Assembly (NCBI GenBank): GCA_023231475.1
Contig: JALJEE010000145.1
Span: 1-64,000, forward strand
DNA: 64,000 nucleotides
Direction: 5' to 3'
Origin: Seison nebaliae
Taxonomy: Eukaryota
The translations under genes and the position numbers were made by a program. Positions within the stretch are counted from its first letter, which is position 1. Each line of letters starts with the position of its first letter. Below the pieces are notes generated by a model. It was not told where the DNA came from and searched no databases. It saw only the letters and a list, made by a program, of their open reading frames with translations. Shown here piece by piece: positions 34,655 to 47,266 of the stretch.

Positions 34655-37600
34655 ATTCTGGATTCTAATCTCCGAACGAAGTAAAGAAAAGTCGAATGGT
34701 CTTACAAACTAATGGATGATAAAATGATGAAGACGAGTTTAAAATATTGGAGAAATGCGAAGACAAATTTTATAGAAGGAATATAGAAAAGAGAATGATT
34801 TCGTTCAAAATTGCAACACATGTACCGTACATGTCGCGTACACATGATCGCTACTCGTACTTCTACGGATATGAAGCCAAACATTTTATTTTTAAATAAT
34901 CTTCTCTCTCTCTATTCCTTTCATTTCCGTCATATATCATGATTAGGTACATATATGAAAACAGGAAGTGAATGGACCAATCATCTAATTAGAAACAAAA
35001 AGATAAACAGATACTGAAAATTCATGAAATTTTCTGAAAAAAATTTCCATAGCTATTAATTGTTCAAAAATTGAAGGAATGTGTTTGCGACTTAAAATCA
35101 CCCATATCTGTTGCTCAATTTTTTCAGCAAAAAAAACACAACTAACAGAAATTGTGTGATAACGCTATTATTTGTGAAACTACAAAAATCTAAAAATTCA
35201 ACAAACAAAAAAACATAGAGAAGCGAAAAGTAAATGTCGATAATATTAAGTTGAATTGAACGGAAAATTAAAATGACAGTGAATTTATTCGAAGATTATC
35301 TACTAAAATTGAAAGTTTTAATTTAAAAATCTGATCTACAGACAACAACAATATTTTGGAATTGTTCGGCTTAAAATTTTAGATTTTCACCATTCACTCC
35401 ACTTCGTTATATGAGTAATATAATTTAAATTTAAATTCCATTTAACTAATTATTGTAAATGTAAGAGAAATCAGTTATTTTATTAATTAATATTATTTAA
35501 TTAATTTTGTTGAATAACTAAAATTAAACTGAGAGTCAAAGAACAAAAAAATTTATTTTGAGCTGAATTAATTTTATTATATCTTCTCGTAGCGGTTTTA
35601 AATGTTTGACCGTTGATATTCCTTAAATATTTAACTTCTTTTCTTCCCTTGTTTCATGGAAAGTTTCGGAAAAAATTTTTTTCATTTCCAATTTATTAAT
35701 ATCATATTTCTATCCGTTGTTTTCTTTAATTGAAAAAATATTAGAACAAAAAAATTGACAAAGAAAGCAAACAATCAATCTTCATGTCACTGTTGTAGAA
35801 TTGAAAATCATCGAACATAATATTTGCAGAAGAGAAGGGAAGGATGGGAATATAAATGATTACATATAACTATGAGCAAATGATCTTCTGAATAATTATT
35901 TCGAAGTTCGACCCAATTTTATCGAAACATAAGATGACTCCACAGAACTATTTTTTCCATAACAATTTTCAGAAGCTTCACAATCTACAATAAGAACATA
36001 AGATCAGAGAGAAAATGTTAGTCGCTTCCAATTATTATTTTTTAAATATTTCATTCTCTAATTATTACATTAACTTCCACATTTCCATCATTTTCAAAAA
36101 TGTTCTTACTCACAATTGTCAGATAATTTATCTGATGAAAGAATTCGGAAGAATCTTTTCCTTTTAACTTATTTACGTAAAATTTTTACAGGAGATACTT
36201 TATTGATTGGTGAGAAGATCAATATTTTCCGTCGTTTCATTTATTCCATTTTCCATTATGTTATATTTCATTTCATTGTATTATTATTCTAAAGGGAATT
36301 ACCGCATATCAGGTCATTTTTTTAGGAATGAATATGATCACATCGATGATGGATGGTACTGATAAACAGTACCTGGATGGTTGAATGAGTGTGTTTGTTC
36401 GTGCTGTATATATTTATCATATTTATGATGGTACATCGTCTATGAGTTGATTGATCGATGTACATTATTCTTTCGTATAAACAAATATTATGTTTTAGCA
36501 ATTAGATGAAGTAATATCCATGTAACGTTCGGACAAGGAAGAATAATAAATTGATATAACAGAAAATATGATAAGTACATTGGAATAAGAAGAGAAATGA
36601 TGGTTGAAGTATATTGACATTTTATTATTCTAAAAATAATTTGAAGATTTGAAAGAAATTTCATTCGAATTCATCAAACTATCATTAATTGAGGAAATGA
36701 ATTTATTATCACTTTTAACCGATGGGCAACTGTCTTTAAGAGTTTCAATGAAGAAAATTTATAATAAATTGTTTTTATTAATGTCCTTCTTCCATTTGAG
36801 AGGAGGATTATTTCTAAGGAAGTCACATATTTGATGTTGCATTCTCCCAACCTCAATATTAGATCAATATTGGTCTTAAGTAAATTTTTATGAAAAGTAT
36901 TGTTGAGGAGAATATGAAACCGCTCCCAATTCATTTACAATTGGCTTAACGAAGGAATTTATCAAGTGTTTATTCTATTTGAGTGTGAAAGAATGGAGTA
37001 ATCTCTTCTTAATCAATCACTAGAGTTGTGTGAGGACATTTCACCATTCCATATGGGAAGTGATCAAAATCGTTTCATCAATCGCCCACGAAAATTTCAT
37101 ATATTTTTCCCGAAAATTTATTAACTCCCATATCGCTTTCAAACGACAATTGAATTGGGACAATCTAGTCCTATTATTGTAAAGTGAAATTGATCTATCT
37201 ATGAAATGCGACGAAAAATAAGATAATGAACAGAAAGATTCGGTGTGTGAGAAGTTGGAGAAGTAGAAAAGATGTAGAATGAATGTTGATGTGGTAAAGG
37301 TAAAGTTCCACGATTGTTACCATTGGCATTCTTTCTGGAGATATTGAGAAATAATAGAAATAATTATAGAATAATTGATATCGAATTAGGATCTTTATAA
37401 AATAGATAAGTACGTAGCACTTGATCTATTTATATTGAATTCTTTTTATTCATTCTTTTAACATATCTTGTCTCTCCCTACGTCAATTCCATCATTTCCT
37501 TCCATTCCATAATATAGTGTATGTTTTTCTAGTAGAAATCGATTTCCTTTTTATGAAAGTGTCTCATTATCGATTTATTATTCTTCCTCCTCAACATTAT

Positions 37601-38763
37601 TATCTGTCAATATATATGTAACATATCCATCACATATTCGACTATCATGTCGTTGGAGATAGACGCGACAATTGGATTTGCACTTACTTGTAAGTTAGCG
37701 AGTGAATGTGATTTGAATTTGAAAGGAATGCTTAAAAAGGTAGAACTATATGAGAATTATAGAAGAAAATGCCAATCATCTTCATGTTCAATAACAATCA
37801 GTTGTTTTTCGTCTAACATTTTCTCTTTCATACAAGAGAAGAAATATTCCATGATTATATAATACGAAGCGCTCTAGCATCATCAATGTGTAATTAAATG
37901 ACATATCGATCAACATTATTGAAAAGAATTAGTGAACAGAAGTACGCTTACTCTTAATTGATGGAAGATTCTCCCTTATTCCATTTTCCTTTCGATTGCG
38001 TGATTAATTTATGTGCTCATTTATTTGCATAGTGTGCTATGTAATGTTCTCCATTATTTTTACCTAATAGACTTATCGATTAGTATTCGTTTTGTTTATT
38101 CCTACCATTGCACAATTCCGAATATTGGATCACATGAAAAATTATTGAAATAATAATATGAATTGAAAACTTTTCGAGCTCTCACCAAAAATTCAAACAA
38201 AAATAATTTAATCTTTAACATTAACGTACAATTGTCATCGTACATTAATAAGATTTTATCAATAGTTTTAATAAAAGTTCAATATTATTTCTCCTTTGGA
38301 TATATTAGTTCTATTTTCACGTGCATGATGATGTAGTCAACTTCTAAAAAGTAGATAGAGTAGTAGATGTCTGTTCATTTTATTTCAATGAATAAAAGAA
38401 AGTAAATATGTCTCGTGTTGAGAGTTGAGAAAACTTGGAAATTTTTGTAAGATATCTTTTTACTCATCGTCGTTTTCATCACAAGTATCTGCATTATTAT
38501 GTTCATTCATATTCCAGTATCACGCGCCTCTTTTTCCTAAATGAAATTAGAGTATTACATTTAATGAAATAACAACCCATTTTTCACGTACAATTGCTAT
38601 ATTTTCTTCTTTCTTTTCACTCGACAAAAGTGTTCCTTATGATTCTTCTAAAATTTTCTATATTTTAAAAAACAATTTTTTTAGCGGGAAAATTCTTCGT
38701 TTCAACACAATAAGACCTTTCTCTTTTGGTCGAGTGAAAGAGAACAAAATAATCAAAACGATT

Positions 38764-40241
38764 ATGAGAATTCACATGAGACAATTTCATCTACGTCATC
38801 TCATTACCTTAATCATCGCATCGGTGATAGTATTAATAGTTACCAGTAAACTATTAACGTCTCCGAATCCCGCGTCTTCTTATTCACCCAAATCGTTCGA
38901 ACTATTACGAAATCCTTCCAAAGTATCCGGTGATCAATATGATCCAGTTTTATCTGGAATTTCCGCCAAATTACCAAATGGTCAGAGTATTGTTGTAAAT
39001 AGGAATTCTTCTTTGTTTTGGATTGGTGGAATGCCGAGATCGGGAACGACATTGATGCGGGTCTTATTAGATACTCATCCGAATGTTCGATGTGGCGAAG
39101 AGACTCGAGTCATTCCCAGGATATTATCAATTCGTGAAAATTGGAAGAAATCTGCAAAAGAATGGTCGCGATTGATGGTTATAATAAAATTTATTTTTTT
39201 TTCTGAAATTTTTTTTTAAATTTAATTCTTTATTGATAATATTTTATAGCATGCAGGATTGAGTGAAAAGATTATCGATAATGCCGTCGCATCATTCATA
39301 TTAGAGATTATCGGCAATCATGGAACGGCAGCGAAGAATCTTTGTAATAAAGATCCTTTCACAATGAGATATGCGAAATATATCCAAGTTTATTATTTCT
39401 TATTCTAATATTTTCTATAATAATTTTTTGAACAATTTTCTCAGAAATTATTTCCTAATTCAAAAATGATATTTATGGTGAGAGATGGTCGTGCTACAGT
39501 TCATTCCATCATTCAACGAAAAGTGACGATTACCGGTTTCAATCTCAGTTCTTACCGAGAATCGATGATCAAATGGAATCGTATTGTTGAGACAATGTAT
39601 AATCAATGTAGATCAGTTAATGTCAATTTGTTTAATTTCTTTCTAAACTTTCAATTTGTAGTTAACGGAAGAATATTGTCTACCAGTTTTTTATGAGGAA
39701 CTCGTTTTACAACCGACAAGAACAATGAAGAAAGTTCTTCGTTTTCTTAACATCGATTGGAGTGAGAATGTTCTTAAACATGAGCAATTAATAGGAACGA
39801 AAATCTCTTTGTCGAAGTTCTTTCATTTCTAATCATCTTCAGAAGATGATCTTCTCTTTCAACTTTTATTCTTCTAGAGTTGAACGGTCGTCTGATCAAG
39901 TGGTGAAACCGATAAATCTTGATGGACTGACACATTGGGTAGATGATTTCCCTAAAAATGTTCTCGCCGAAATCGATACGATTGCTCCGATGATGAAGAG
40001 ATTGGGATATGATATTCACAACATTCCACCCCATTATGGCTTGGCGGAAGAGATGGTGAAGAATAACACGTTGAGAATAAAAAAACAACGAGAGTATTGG
40101 GCAGCTAAAGCGAAAAATAATAGTATTCATGCAATGAATGATCCGTTCGCTAAAGAGTTCGACTCGAAAGCACACATGTTGCCACTGAAAGCGGCTGATT
40201 ATATAAAAAGTTTGAATGAACATTTCAATGATATGATTTGA
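38764..40241 (+). CDS. TPST: Protein-tyrosine sulfotransferase, 5 exons
   Basis: N-terminal TM anchor, [50 protein letters not shown]; four GTT..AG introns. Confidence 0.95.
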
Positions 40242-40491
40242 CTAATTTTTCTTTCTTTTCCTCCTCCATAATGAATTACACTTATTATTTATTTATCATT
40301 TCATTTTCATCATTTTACCTTTCATCATATCATCGTTTCCATGCTCCTCATCATCTTATTCAAAATTTTCCCGAATTCTGTTCATAATCATTTATTTATC
40401 TAACGTCATTTTATTATGTATATTGTACAATCAATCGAACAAACTCTCTTTCTTCTTCTTATTCCACTAACTCTGAAAACTATAATTTTTA

Positions 40492-40495
<4 letters not shown>

Positions 40496-40524
<29 letters not shown>
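40496..40524. repeat. (TC)n microsatellite
   Basis: About 14 TC units. Confidence 0.9.
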
Positions 40525-40525
<1 letters not shown>

Positions 40526-40767
40526 ACTATCTATCGTTTTCGAAGAGATTCAGGAAGATTTGGAAAATCATTTAAATTGAATAATTTTCTCCATTCCGGT
40601 TAATAGATATGTCAATCAATTCAAGAAATACTGACGAATCTCGTTCAAATACCTCAAACTGGTCCGAGATCTTTTTGGGACCACAATAATTGACCAATTC
40701 ATAATTTTTTCGTTTTAAATGAAATTTATGAGGATTAATTTATTAAAATAAACCATCAACCACATCA

Positions 40768-41274
40768 TCATTTTCGTTTGCTCGATAACTTATCTCGTAA
40801 TTCTGTCATATGACGAACGTATTTGTCAGGATGATTCTTCCAGAACTCGTCGTGTGACCAATCGTCATTATTCGACAAATTTGTATCTTCCACTTTTATA
40901 TTTGCCCTTTTACTCAACAGTTTCAAGAGATCTTTGTCACTTTTCGAATAGACATCTTCATTCTTCTTCGATCGACGATGTTTGGGAGAAGTTCTGAATG
41001 ATTTTGTTTTCCTCTTCACTTCCTTCTTCAATTTCATAAATTTATTTTTCTTTTTCATTTCATCTTCTTCGATCTGTTTCCACATATTCTCTTCGTCCAA
41101 TCGACGATTATATGATTCGGCCTCATTTATCGATCGATTTATCAGTCTGATGGTTTTGGTTGCTGTTGATTGTTTCTCAGTTTGGCCACTCAACGGATAC
41201 ATACGAGATGTATATCCGACGAGTTCTTGTTTCTTCTTCAATTTAGTTTGTCGTTTCATTGGCATAAGGATCAT
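40768..41274 (-). CDS. NKAPD1/C11orf57-like basic protein; start codon uncertain
   Basis: LINRSINEAESYNRRLDEENMWK and DDWSHDEFWKNHPDKY resemble remembered NKAPD1 blocks (HNKIQEESDMWK; RWGHSG.KELYP). Confidence 0.55.
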   Translation of the reverse strand: MILMPMKRQTKLKKKQELVGYTSRMYPLSGQTEKQSTATKTIRLINRSINEAESYNRRLDEENMWKQIEEDEMKKKNKFMKLKKEVKRKTKSFRTSPKHRRSKKNEDVYSKSDKDLLKLLSKRANIKVEDTNLSNNDDWSHDEFWKNHPDKYVRHMTELRDKLSSKRK

Positions 41275-41473
41275 ATGAGAGTTTCTGTAAGAATTCTTGT
41301 AGTTTCAGTTTGATAGCAGGAACGGATGACGTCTCCACAAACAAATGATTGGAATCGACCACTTCGATGATGAAGGATTTACTCGAGATACTATTTTGTT
41401 TATCTAGAAATAATAAATATTCCTTCAATGGAACATCACAAGTGATTAATGTTCCTTTTCTAACACCTGTCAT
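41243..41473 (-). CDS. GTF2H5: TFIIH subunit p8/Tfb5
   Basis: KGTLITCDVPLKEYLLFLD...FIIEVVDSNHLFV, 76 aa. Confidence 0.92.
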   Translation of the reverse strand: MTGVRKGTLITCDVPLKEYLLFLDKQNSISSKSFIIEVVDSNHLFVETSSVPAIKLKLQEFLQKLSYDPYANETTN

Positions 41474-41836
41474 TATACATCTTCTTAATAGGATAAAATA
41501 AGTATTATTAATAAAAATTATTGAATTGAATTATCAAAATAGAAATTATTCATTTAAACATTCTCAAACAATTCAATCCTAATTCCAATTTTAACCGGAT
41601 GAATAATATTAAAAGGAAAGTTAAGTGAGTACTAAAAATTAATGGGATAGATTCAAAAATAGAAAATAAATAAGAATTTTCATTCATCAACAAAATAAGG
41701 GCTAAGAATTTAAATGAAAAATTTCGTCTCATTTTCACTTAAAGGAAATGGGAATGATTATTCAGGAATTTGCGCTCCAAAGCATTTACAAAAAGAAAAT
41801 ATTATGAATTTCATCTAATCTACTCCCAAAAAAAAC

Positions 41837-42826
41837 ATGTTTAGCCGTCGTATCTTAACCGGAGTGATTGGGGTTAGTGGCGTAGCAATCTTAGGAAAGT
41901 TGGCGATTGATGAATCACGATTAGAAGCGTTGGATCTTACTGGGACATTGAAAGACAGTTATTTCAATTTGATCAATAGAAATCGTGCGAATGAGAAAAT
42001 GGAATGTGAGAAGATCAATAAGAAAGTGATCGATAGACGATATGATGAAATGTTAAAGAGATTCGTTGAGAAAGGACCGACGATTAAATGGAATCGACAT
42101 TGGGATCAAGAATCACTCATATCCGACGAAGAATTGGAGAGTGGTGATTGTAAACATCTTCTCGATCATCCAAAAAGTGAGAAAAGTAAATCAAGAAGGA
42201 GATGTCGTGGAACTAAACACATCTTCCTCATTCGACATGGTCAATACAATTTGGAAGGATTAACAGACGAAGAGAAATATCTAACCAAACTTGGTCGATT
42301 ACAGGCGGAATTTTGTGGGAAACGTTTGAAGGAAATATTGGAAAATTTGAAAATCGATTCGTTCTTTGTTTCAACTATGACACGTGCTAATGAAACTGGT
42401 ACGATTATTGCAAACGAATTATTCAAAGATGGAATTAACAATGAAATAGTTTCATTCGACGATTTATTACGAGAAGGACCACCATTTCCCACAGAACCGC
42501 CACATAAAAATTGGCATCCAGATCTTCGAATGATTGAACGTGAAGGATCACGCATTGAACATGCATTTGATAAATATATTCGACGTCGTTCTAATCCATC
42601 GAAGGATGATGAAGGAAATGATGAATATCAAATTATCGTTTGTCATGCGAATGTTATTCGATATTTTCTCTGTCGTGCTCTTCAAATACCACCAGAAGCA
42701 TGGTTGAGATTCTCATTACGTCATGCATCGATTACTCATTTAAGAATTCGATCAAATGGTTGTGTATCAGCTGCTGCTATTGGAGATGCCGGATTCATGC
42801 CACCTGATTATATGACAACATCATAA
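41837..42826 (+). CDS. PGAM5: Mitochondrial Ser/Thr phosphatase PGAM5, intronless
   Basis: WNRHWD motif, LIRHGQY, STMTRANET, CHANVIRYFLCRALQIPPEAWLR. Confidence 0.95.
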   Translation: MFSRRILTGVIGVSGVAILGKLAIDESRLEALDLTGTLKDSYFNLINRNRANEKMECEKINKKVIDRRYDEMLKRFVEKGPTIKWNRHWDQESLISDEELESGDCKHLLDHPKSEKSKSRRRCRGTKHIFLIRHGQYNLEGLTDEEKYLTKLGRLQAEFCGKRLKEILENLKIDSFFVSTMTRANETGTIIANELFKDGINNEIVSFDDLLREGPPFPTEPPHKNWHPDLRMIEREGSRIEHAFDKYIRRRSNPSKDDEGNDEYQIIVCHANVIRYFLCRALQIPPEAWLRFSLRHASITHLRIRSNGCVSAAAIGDAGFMPPDYMTTS

Positions 42827-42930
42827 AATGAATTCGGATTATGATCGAATTCATTTTCTTTTTTAATATTCTCCATTTTATTCATATTAAAATTTTCGTT
42901 ATTTATTTGTTATTGGAACGAACACATATA

Positions 42931-45900
42931 ATGGAGAAGATGTTTAATCGATAAATTTTTAAATATTTTTGTTATTAGAAAATTTTCGTTATTTTTTCAG
43001 GAAAAAAACATCGGAAGTTATGTCGTCGTGTGATGCACCACCATTTAGTCGTTTATTCGTCATGGCTCCAAAAGAAGCGACAGTCGATCAATTGAAAGAC
43101 GCTTTTAGCAATTATGGAATTGTGGAGAATATTCATCAAATCAAAGATAAAAATGGTCTTTGTTACATCAAATTTTCGAAGGCGTCATCTGCCGCTTTAG
43201 CGATGGAGAATTTGAATGGGAAGAAGATTTGTGGATATGATTGGCCTTTAAAATGTTTGATAAGTAACACGAAACGAGAGGGAAATATTCGTTTGCCCAA
43301 TGAAGAATCGAAAGTGAATCGATTATTTGTGAGAATAGCGAAAGAATGGAATGAAGATGATTTGCGGAAAGAATTCAATCGTTTTGGAGATATCGAACAA
43401 GTGAAAGTAGTTCGTGCCGTTCCCAATGGATCCAGTAAAGGTTATGGATATGTGAAATATGTAAAATCATCAGATGCATGTCTGGCATTAGAAGAATGTG
43501 ATCCAAGTTGGTCATTCAACATTTATTATTTATATTTAATTTTTTAATTTTTAAATTTAATTTTAAATTTTTAAATTTAATTTTTAAATTTTTAAAATTA
43601 ATTTTTTTCTTTCAGAATTCAAAGCTGTCATTGCAACTTTGCCACCAAATCAACGAAATCAAAATATTTGTGAAAAATCAACAAAAAAACGAAGTCTTCA
43701 TACTCCCTCTGTATCATCGACCAATTCGATCACATCAAATCCGTCAGTTCATAAAATGTCGAAACCGATTGCTGATTATAATGCTCCATTCAAATTAATA
43801 ACAAATGAAGGAAGATATTATAAGAATTCTATAACGTCATCTAATTATCGAAATTATCCGATATATGTTCCACCTGAAATTACTCATGAACAATTGATGT
43901 ATCATGTCTCTAGTCCATCGACGATGATGCCACAAAATTCCACTTTCCTTCCCTCCAATCATCAACCAACACAAAATATCAATTATCATTATCCGTCATA
44001 TGATAATTATCAACCATTTCAACCAGTCAACTATCCACCTCATCGATCAAATCGACCTATAATTATTCCGACAACAGTGACAATGCCTCCTCCTCCTCCT
44101 CCACCATCACATCATCAACCGGAAGTGGAAGTGATAAATTCGACGGAAATACCGAACGATTATATTCAACCGAACAGTAATGGCTCTCTTAATTTCGATC
44201 CATTTGCATCTGGTGAATGGTGTAATGAAGTAACGGATAATTTATATTGGAACATCAATTCACCCAAAGTAGATATAGAAACATTTAATGATTCTTTTAT
44301 TTCGAATGCGAAAATCCCTCGTCATAATGATGATAATTCGATTATCGAAGATATAGATACAATCAGCTCCTCCGATTACAGTTCAATGATGAGTGATTTT
44401 GTTCTTCAACCTGATTCACTTTTACTCATTTGCACTTCGTCACACACACTCAACACATCACATATTACGTCGTTATTTGATATTGTTGGGGGTTTGGTGG
44501 ATGTGAAACAAATGAATGAATTATCTTTAACGAATGAATATACGAATGATAATTATTCGAATTTAAGAGCAATTTTCCTTTTACATTTCCATACTGATAA
44601 ACATGTTAAATTGGCATTGAATAAACTTCACGGATTCCAATATCCAATTAATGATATCGTCACACTTTATCGTTATACGAGAAATACTTTAAATCATCTA
44701 TTGAAATTAAATGAGAAAATTAAATCAAAATTATCAATTCCTAATTCTACTACTATCATTTCATCCTTCACACCAACAACAACAATCACAACAATAACAG
44801 CTACGACAACAAATCCGAAATCTTTATTAGATCAATTGAGTGACGAGATCACGTCGTATAATTTGTCGGTTGGAGATGATGATCGAATAAGTAATTTAAT
44901 TTTACAATTAAAGAATTCCATCAAATTCCTCACAACATCATCATCCGTCAGTCCGACATTATCGAAGAAAGAATTAGTTGATTGTCAATCGGTAGAGAGT
45001 CAATATAATTTGTGTAAGAAAACGAGATATAATGATTTCGAACCGATCAGTAATTCTCTCGATAATCTCACTCCAATTATTCGAGATGACGCTTTGCCCA
45101 TAATTGATAATAAAATGAAATTTGGTGGAACACAATCGAAATCATGTAAAGATTCTCTCGCCGCTTATTCCACTGCACTCACTTCCAATTTTTCATGTTC
45201 TCTTCCTTTCATCAGTTTTACTAAACCAAATTTCCCCACAATAAATTCAACGAATCGTCAGAAATGTTCGATGAATTGTCTATTCGATGAATTGACAATT
45301 TCGTCATGGCAGAAAGAGAAAATTAATTTAAATTTTCTTTCCGATGAATTTATCGATCGACTTCCAAACGATTTCTATTTATTACATTCACAATGTCTCC
45401 AAAAATATTTGGAATTATCGAAAATGTTAGAGGAAACTTCTGAGTCACATCTTCTTCTACTTTTTTCCTCAAAAGATTCATCATCTTTCTCTTCTCTCTT
45501 ATTATCACTCTTATATTTTTGGTTGAATGAACGAATAACACATCCTCTCATCTCTTTTGAGACGATGCGACGATTCGCTTCCAAATCATTCGTTTGGATT
45601 CCAGTCAATTTGGAAAATTTGAAGAATAAACATTTTCGACATCATTTACAAACTAATTCAATTCAAATCGAAGATGAAATCTCATCAGTTCATTATCATT
45701 TACAATTATACATTTTTGGTATTATATCTCCATCTAAACGACATTTATCAATTTCCGATTCTCTAATTATTACACCGAATACAATTAAATTAAATGATCG
45801 ATTTCATTGGATTCATACCAATCTTCAACCAGAGAAACATTCAATAGATTTATTTCGATTATTATTTCATCATCAATTTATCACTCATCAAACAATAGTG

Positions 45901-46131
45901 AAAGATGATTGTGGAATGATGTCAATGAAAGTCAAATATTCTTCCGATAATCATCTCATGAATAAGAAGAATAGTAATAGTTTTAATAACAATCTCAATT
46001 TATTATTTAAACGTCAATCTTTATCTCAACCAACAACAACAAAAACAACAACAGTTGAAACAACAATAACAACTTCTATGTCATTAGTGAATGAATTAAC
46101 CGATTTCTCAACTAAAAGAAAACGTTTGTGA
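42931..46131 (+). CDS. RBM45: RNA-binding protein 45-like (RRMs) with a long divergent C-terminus; start at 42931 or 43020
   Basis: DAPPFSRLFV, YIKFSKASSAALAMENLNG, ALEECDP|KFKAVIA, LFDIVGGL, KLHGFQYP; intron 43507-43615. Confidence 0.85.
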
Positions 46132-46211
46132 GAAGAGATTGTTTATTGTCTTTTAAAATTCTTCTCTAAAATCTTCTTCTCTCAAAATGAAATGATGAAA
46201 TTATTTTAAAA

Positions 46212-46616
46212 TTAATTCTTTTCTTCTAAAAACTTCTCCATAAATGATTTATTAAGTAATTTGTCATTTCTCTTCTTCATTTGTTCAGCTGCAAAGAAAT
46301 TCATTATATGAGATTTAGTTTGCCAAATTTCCGCCATTTCTACCAATTCCATTTGTCCTTTGATTATGAGAGCGTCGATCATTCGGATATCTTCGATATG
46401 TTTATTCACTTCCATTTTCTCTCTTAAAATTCTTCGTCCTTCTTCCACCGTCAATTCGATGTCATAATCGTGGACGATATATGGGATTTGTCGATAGAAC
46501 ATTTTGTAGAAAGCTAAAGATCTTCTTTTTGCTTCCTCCTTATTTCTTGACATTAACATCCGAGATTGTTTCAATGCCGGACGTATCGTATTCACTAAAT
46601 GAAAAGTTCCACTCAT
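46212..46616 (-). CDS. NDUFA6: Complex I LYR subunit NDUFA6 (B14)
   Basis: SRNKEEAKRR...YRQIP, NKHIEDIRMID.LIIKGQMEL, WQTKSHIMNFF, FMEKFL. Confidence 0.92.
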   Translation of the reverse strand: MSGTFHLVNTIRPALKQSRMLMSRNKEEAKRRSLAFYKMFYRQIPYIVHDYDIELTVEEGRRILREKMEVNKHIEDIRMIDALIIKGQMELVEMAEIWQTKSHIMNFFAAEQMKKRNDKLLNKSFMEKFLEEKN

Positions 46617-46690
46617 TCTCTTCACTGGAAAGGAATAAAAGAAAATTATTTACAATAAAAGAAAATTAAAAGAAATTTATTCGCAAATAT

Positions 46691-46954
46691 TTAAATTTCA
46701 ATTTTTCTATCATTTTTTTCGAAATCTTCAACTGTCATTGTTTTCATTCGAAGTGCATGAATCGAATCCATCAATTGACCAATCGCTTTATAAACTAAAC
46801 GTTGTTGATTCAACATACTCTTCCCACAAAAATCATTACTGACGATGAAAACGGCAAACTTCTTTCCACAACCACATCCTTCCGTCTCATCCACAATTTC
46901 CAATTTCTCCAAATGAGAAAAAGATGATTTTATTCGATCTTCCAATTCTTTCAT
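46691..46954 (-). CDS. BOLA2: BolA-like protein 2
   Basis: DETEGCGCGKKF..IVS..F.GK....QRLV...IHAL.MKT. Confidence 0.85.
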   Translation of the reverse strand: MKELEDRIKSSFSHLEKLEIVDETEGCGCGKKFAVFIVSNDFCGKSMLNQQRLVYKAIGQLMDSIHALRMKTMTVEDFEKNDRKIEI

Positions 46955-47266
46955 TATTTTCAATCTCTTCTATCAAATAAGCATTAGTAGCTTAAACTTA
47001 AATTCTATTTATTCTCTTTCCAATAAATCTCAGATGAAAAATGAGAAATGTTAAGCAATTTCAAAAATTAAGCAATCATCAATTGTTATATATTAAGAAT
47101 TTTTTTCTTTTTTTTTAAGCAATTAAAATTTTTCTCAATTTACCTTGTCGTGTGAAAGGTGAGAGAAAAATCGAAATCAATTCTTTCAAATATTTCACCA
47201 AAATTTTCATAAATTCTTAAACATTATTTTATCTCCTTAAAATAGACGTTCCATTGACATTGAGAG

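Noticed and set aside
36600..37200. Possible LINE endonuclease relic (FDHFP..NWERF on minus; SHI/DVAF and GSDQ on plus)
   Set aside because: Weak motif hints on both strands contradict each other; cannot be assigned without a search
6873..40241. Idea that the Arg/Tyr peptides, the deiminase and TPST form one modification pathway (citrullination or sulfation)
   Set aside because: The genes are 23-30 kb apart among unrelated housekeeping genes; proximity gives no evidence of a functional link
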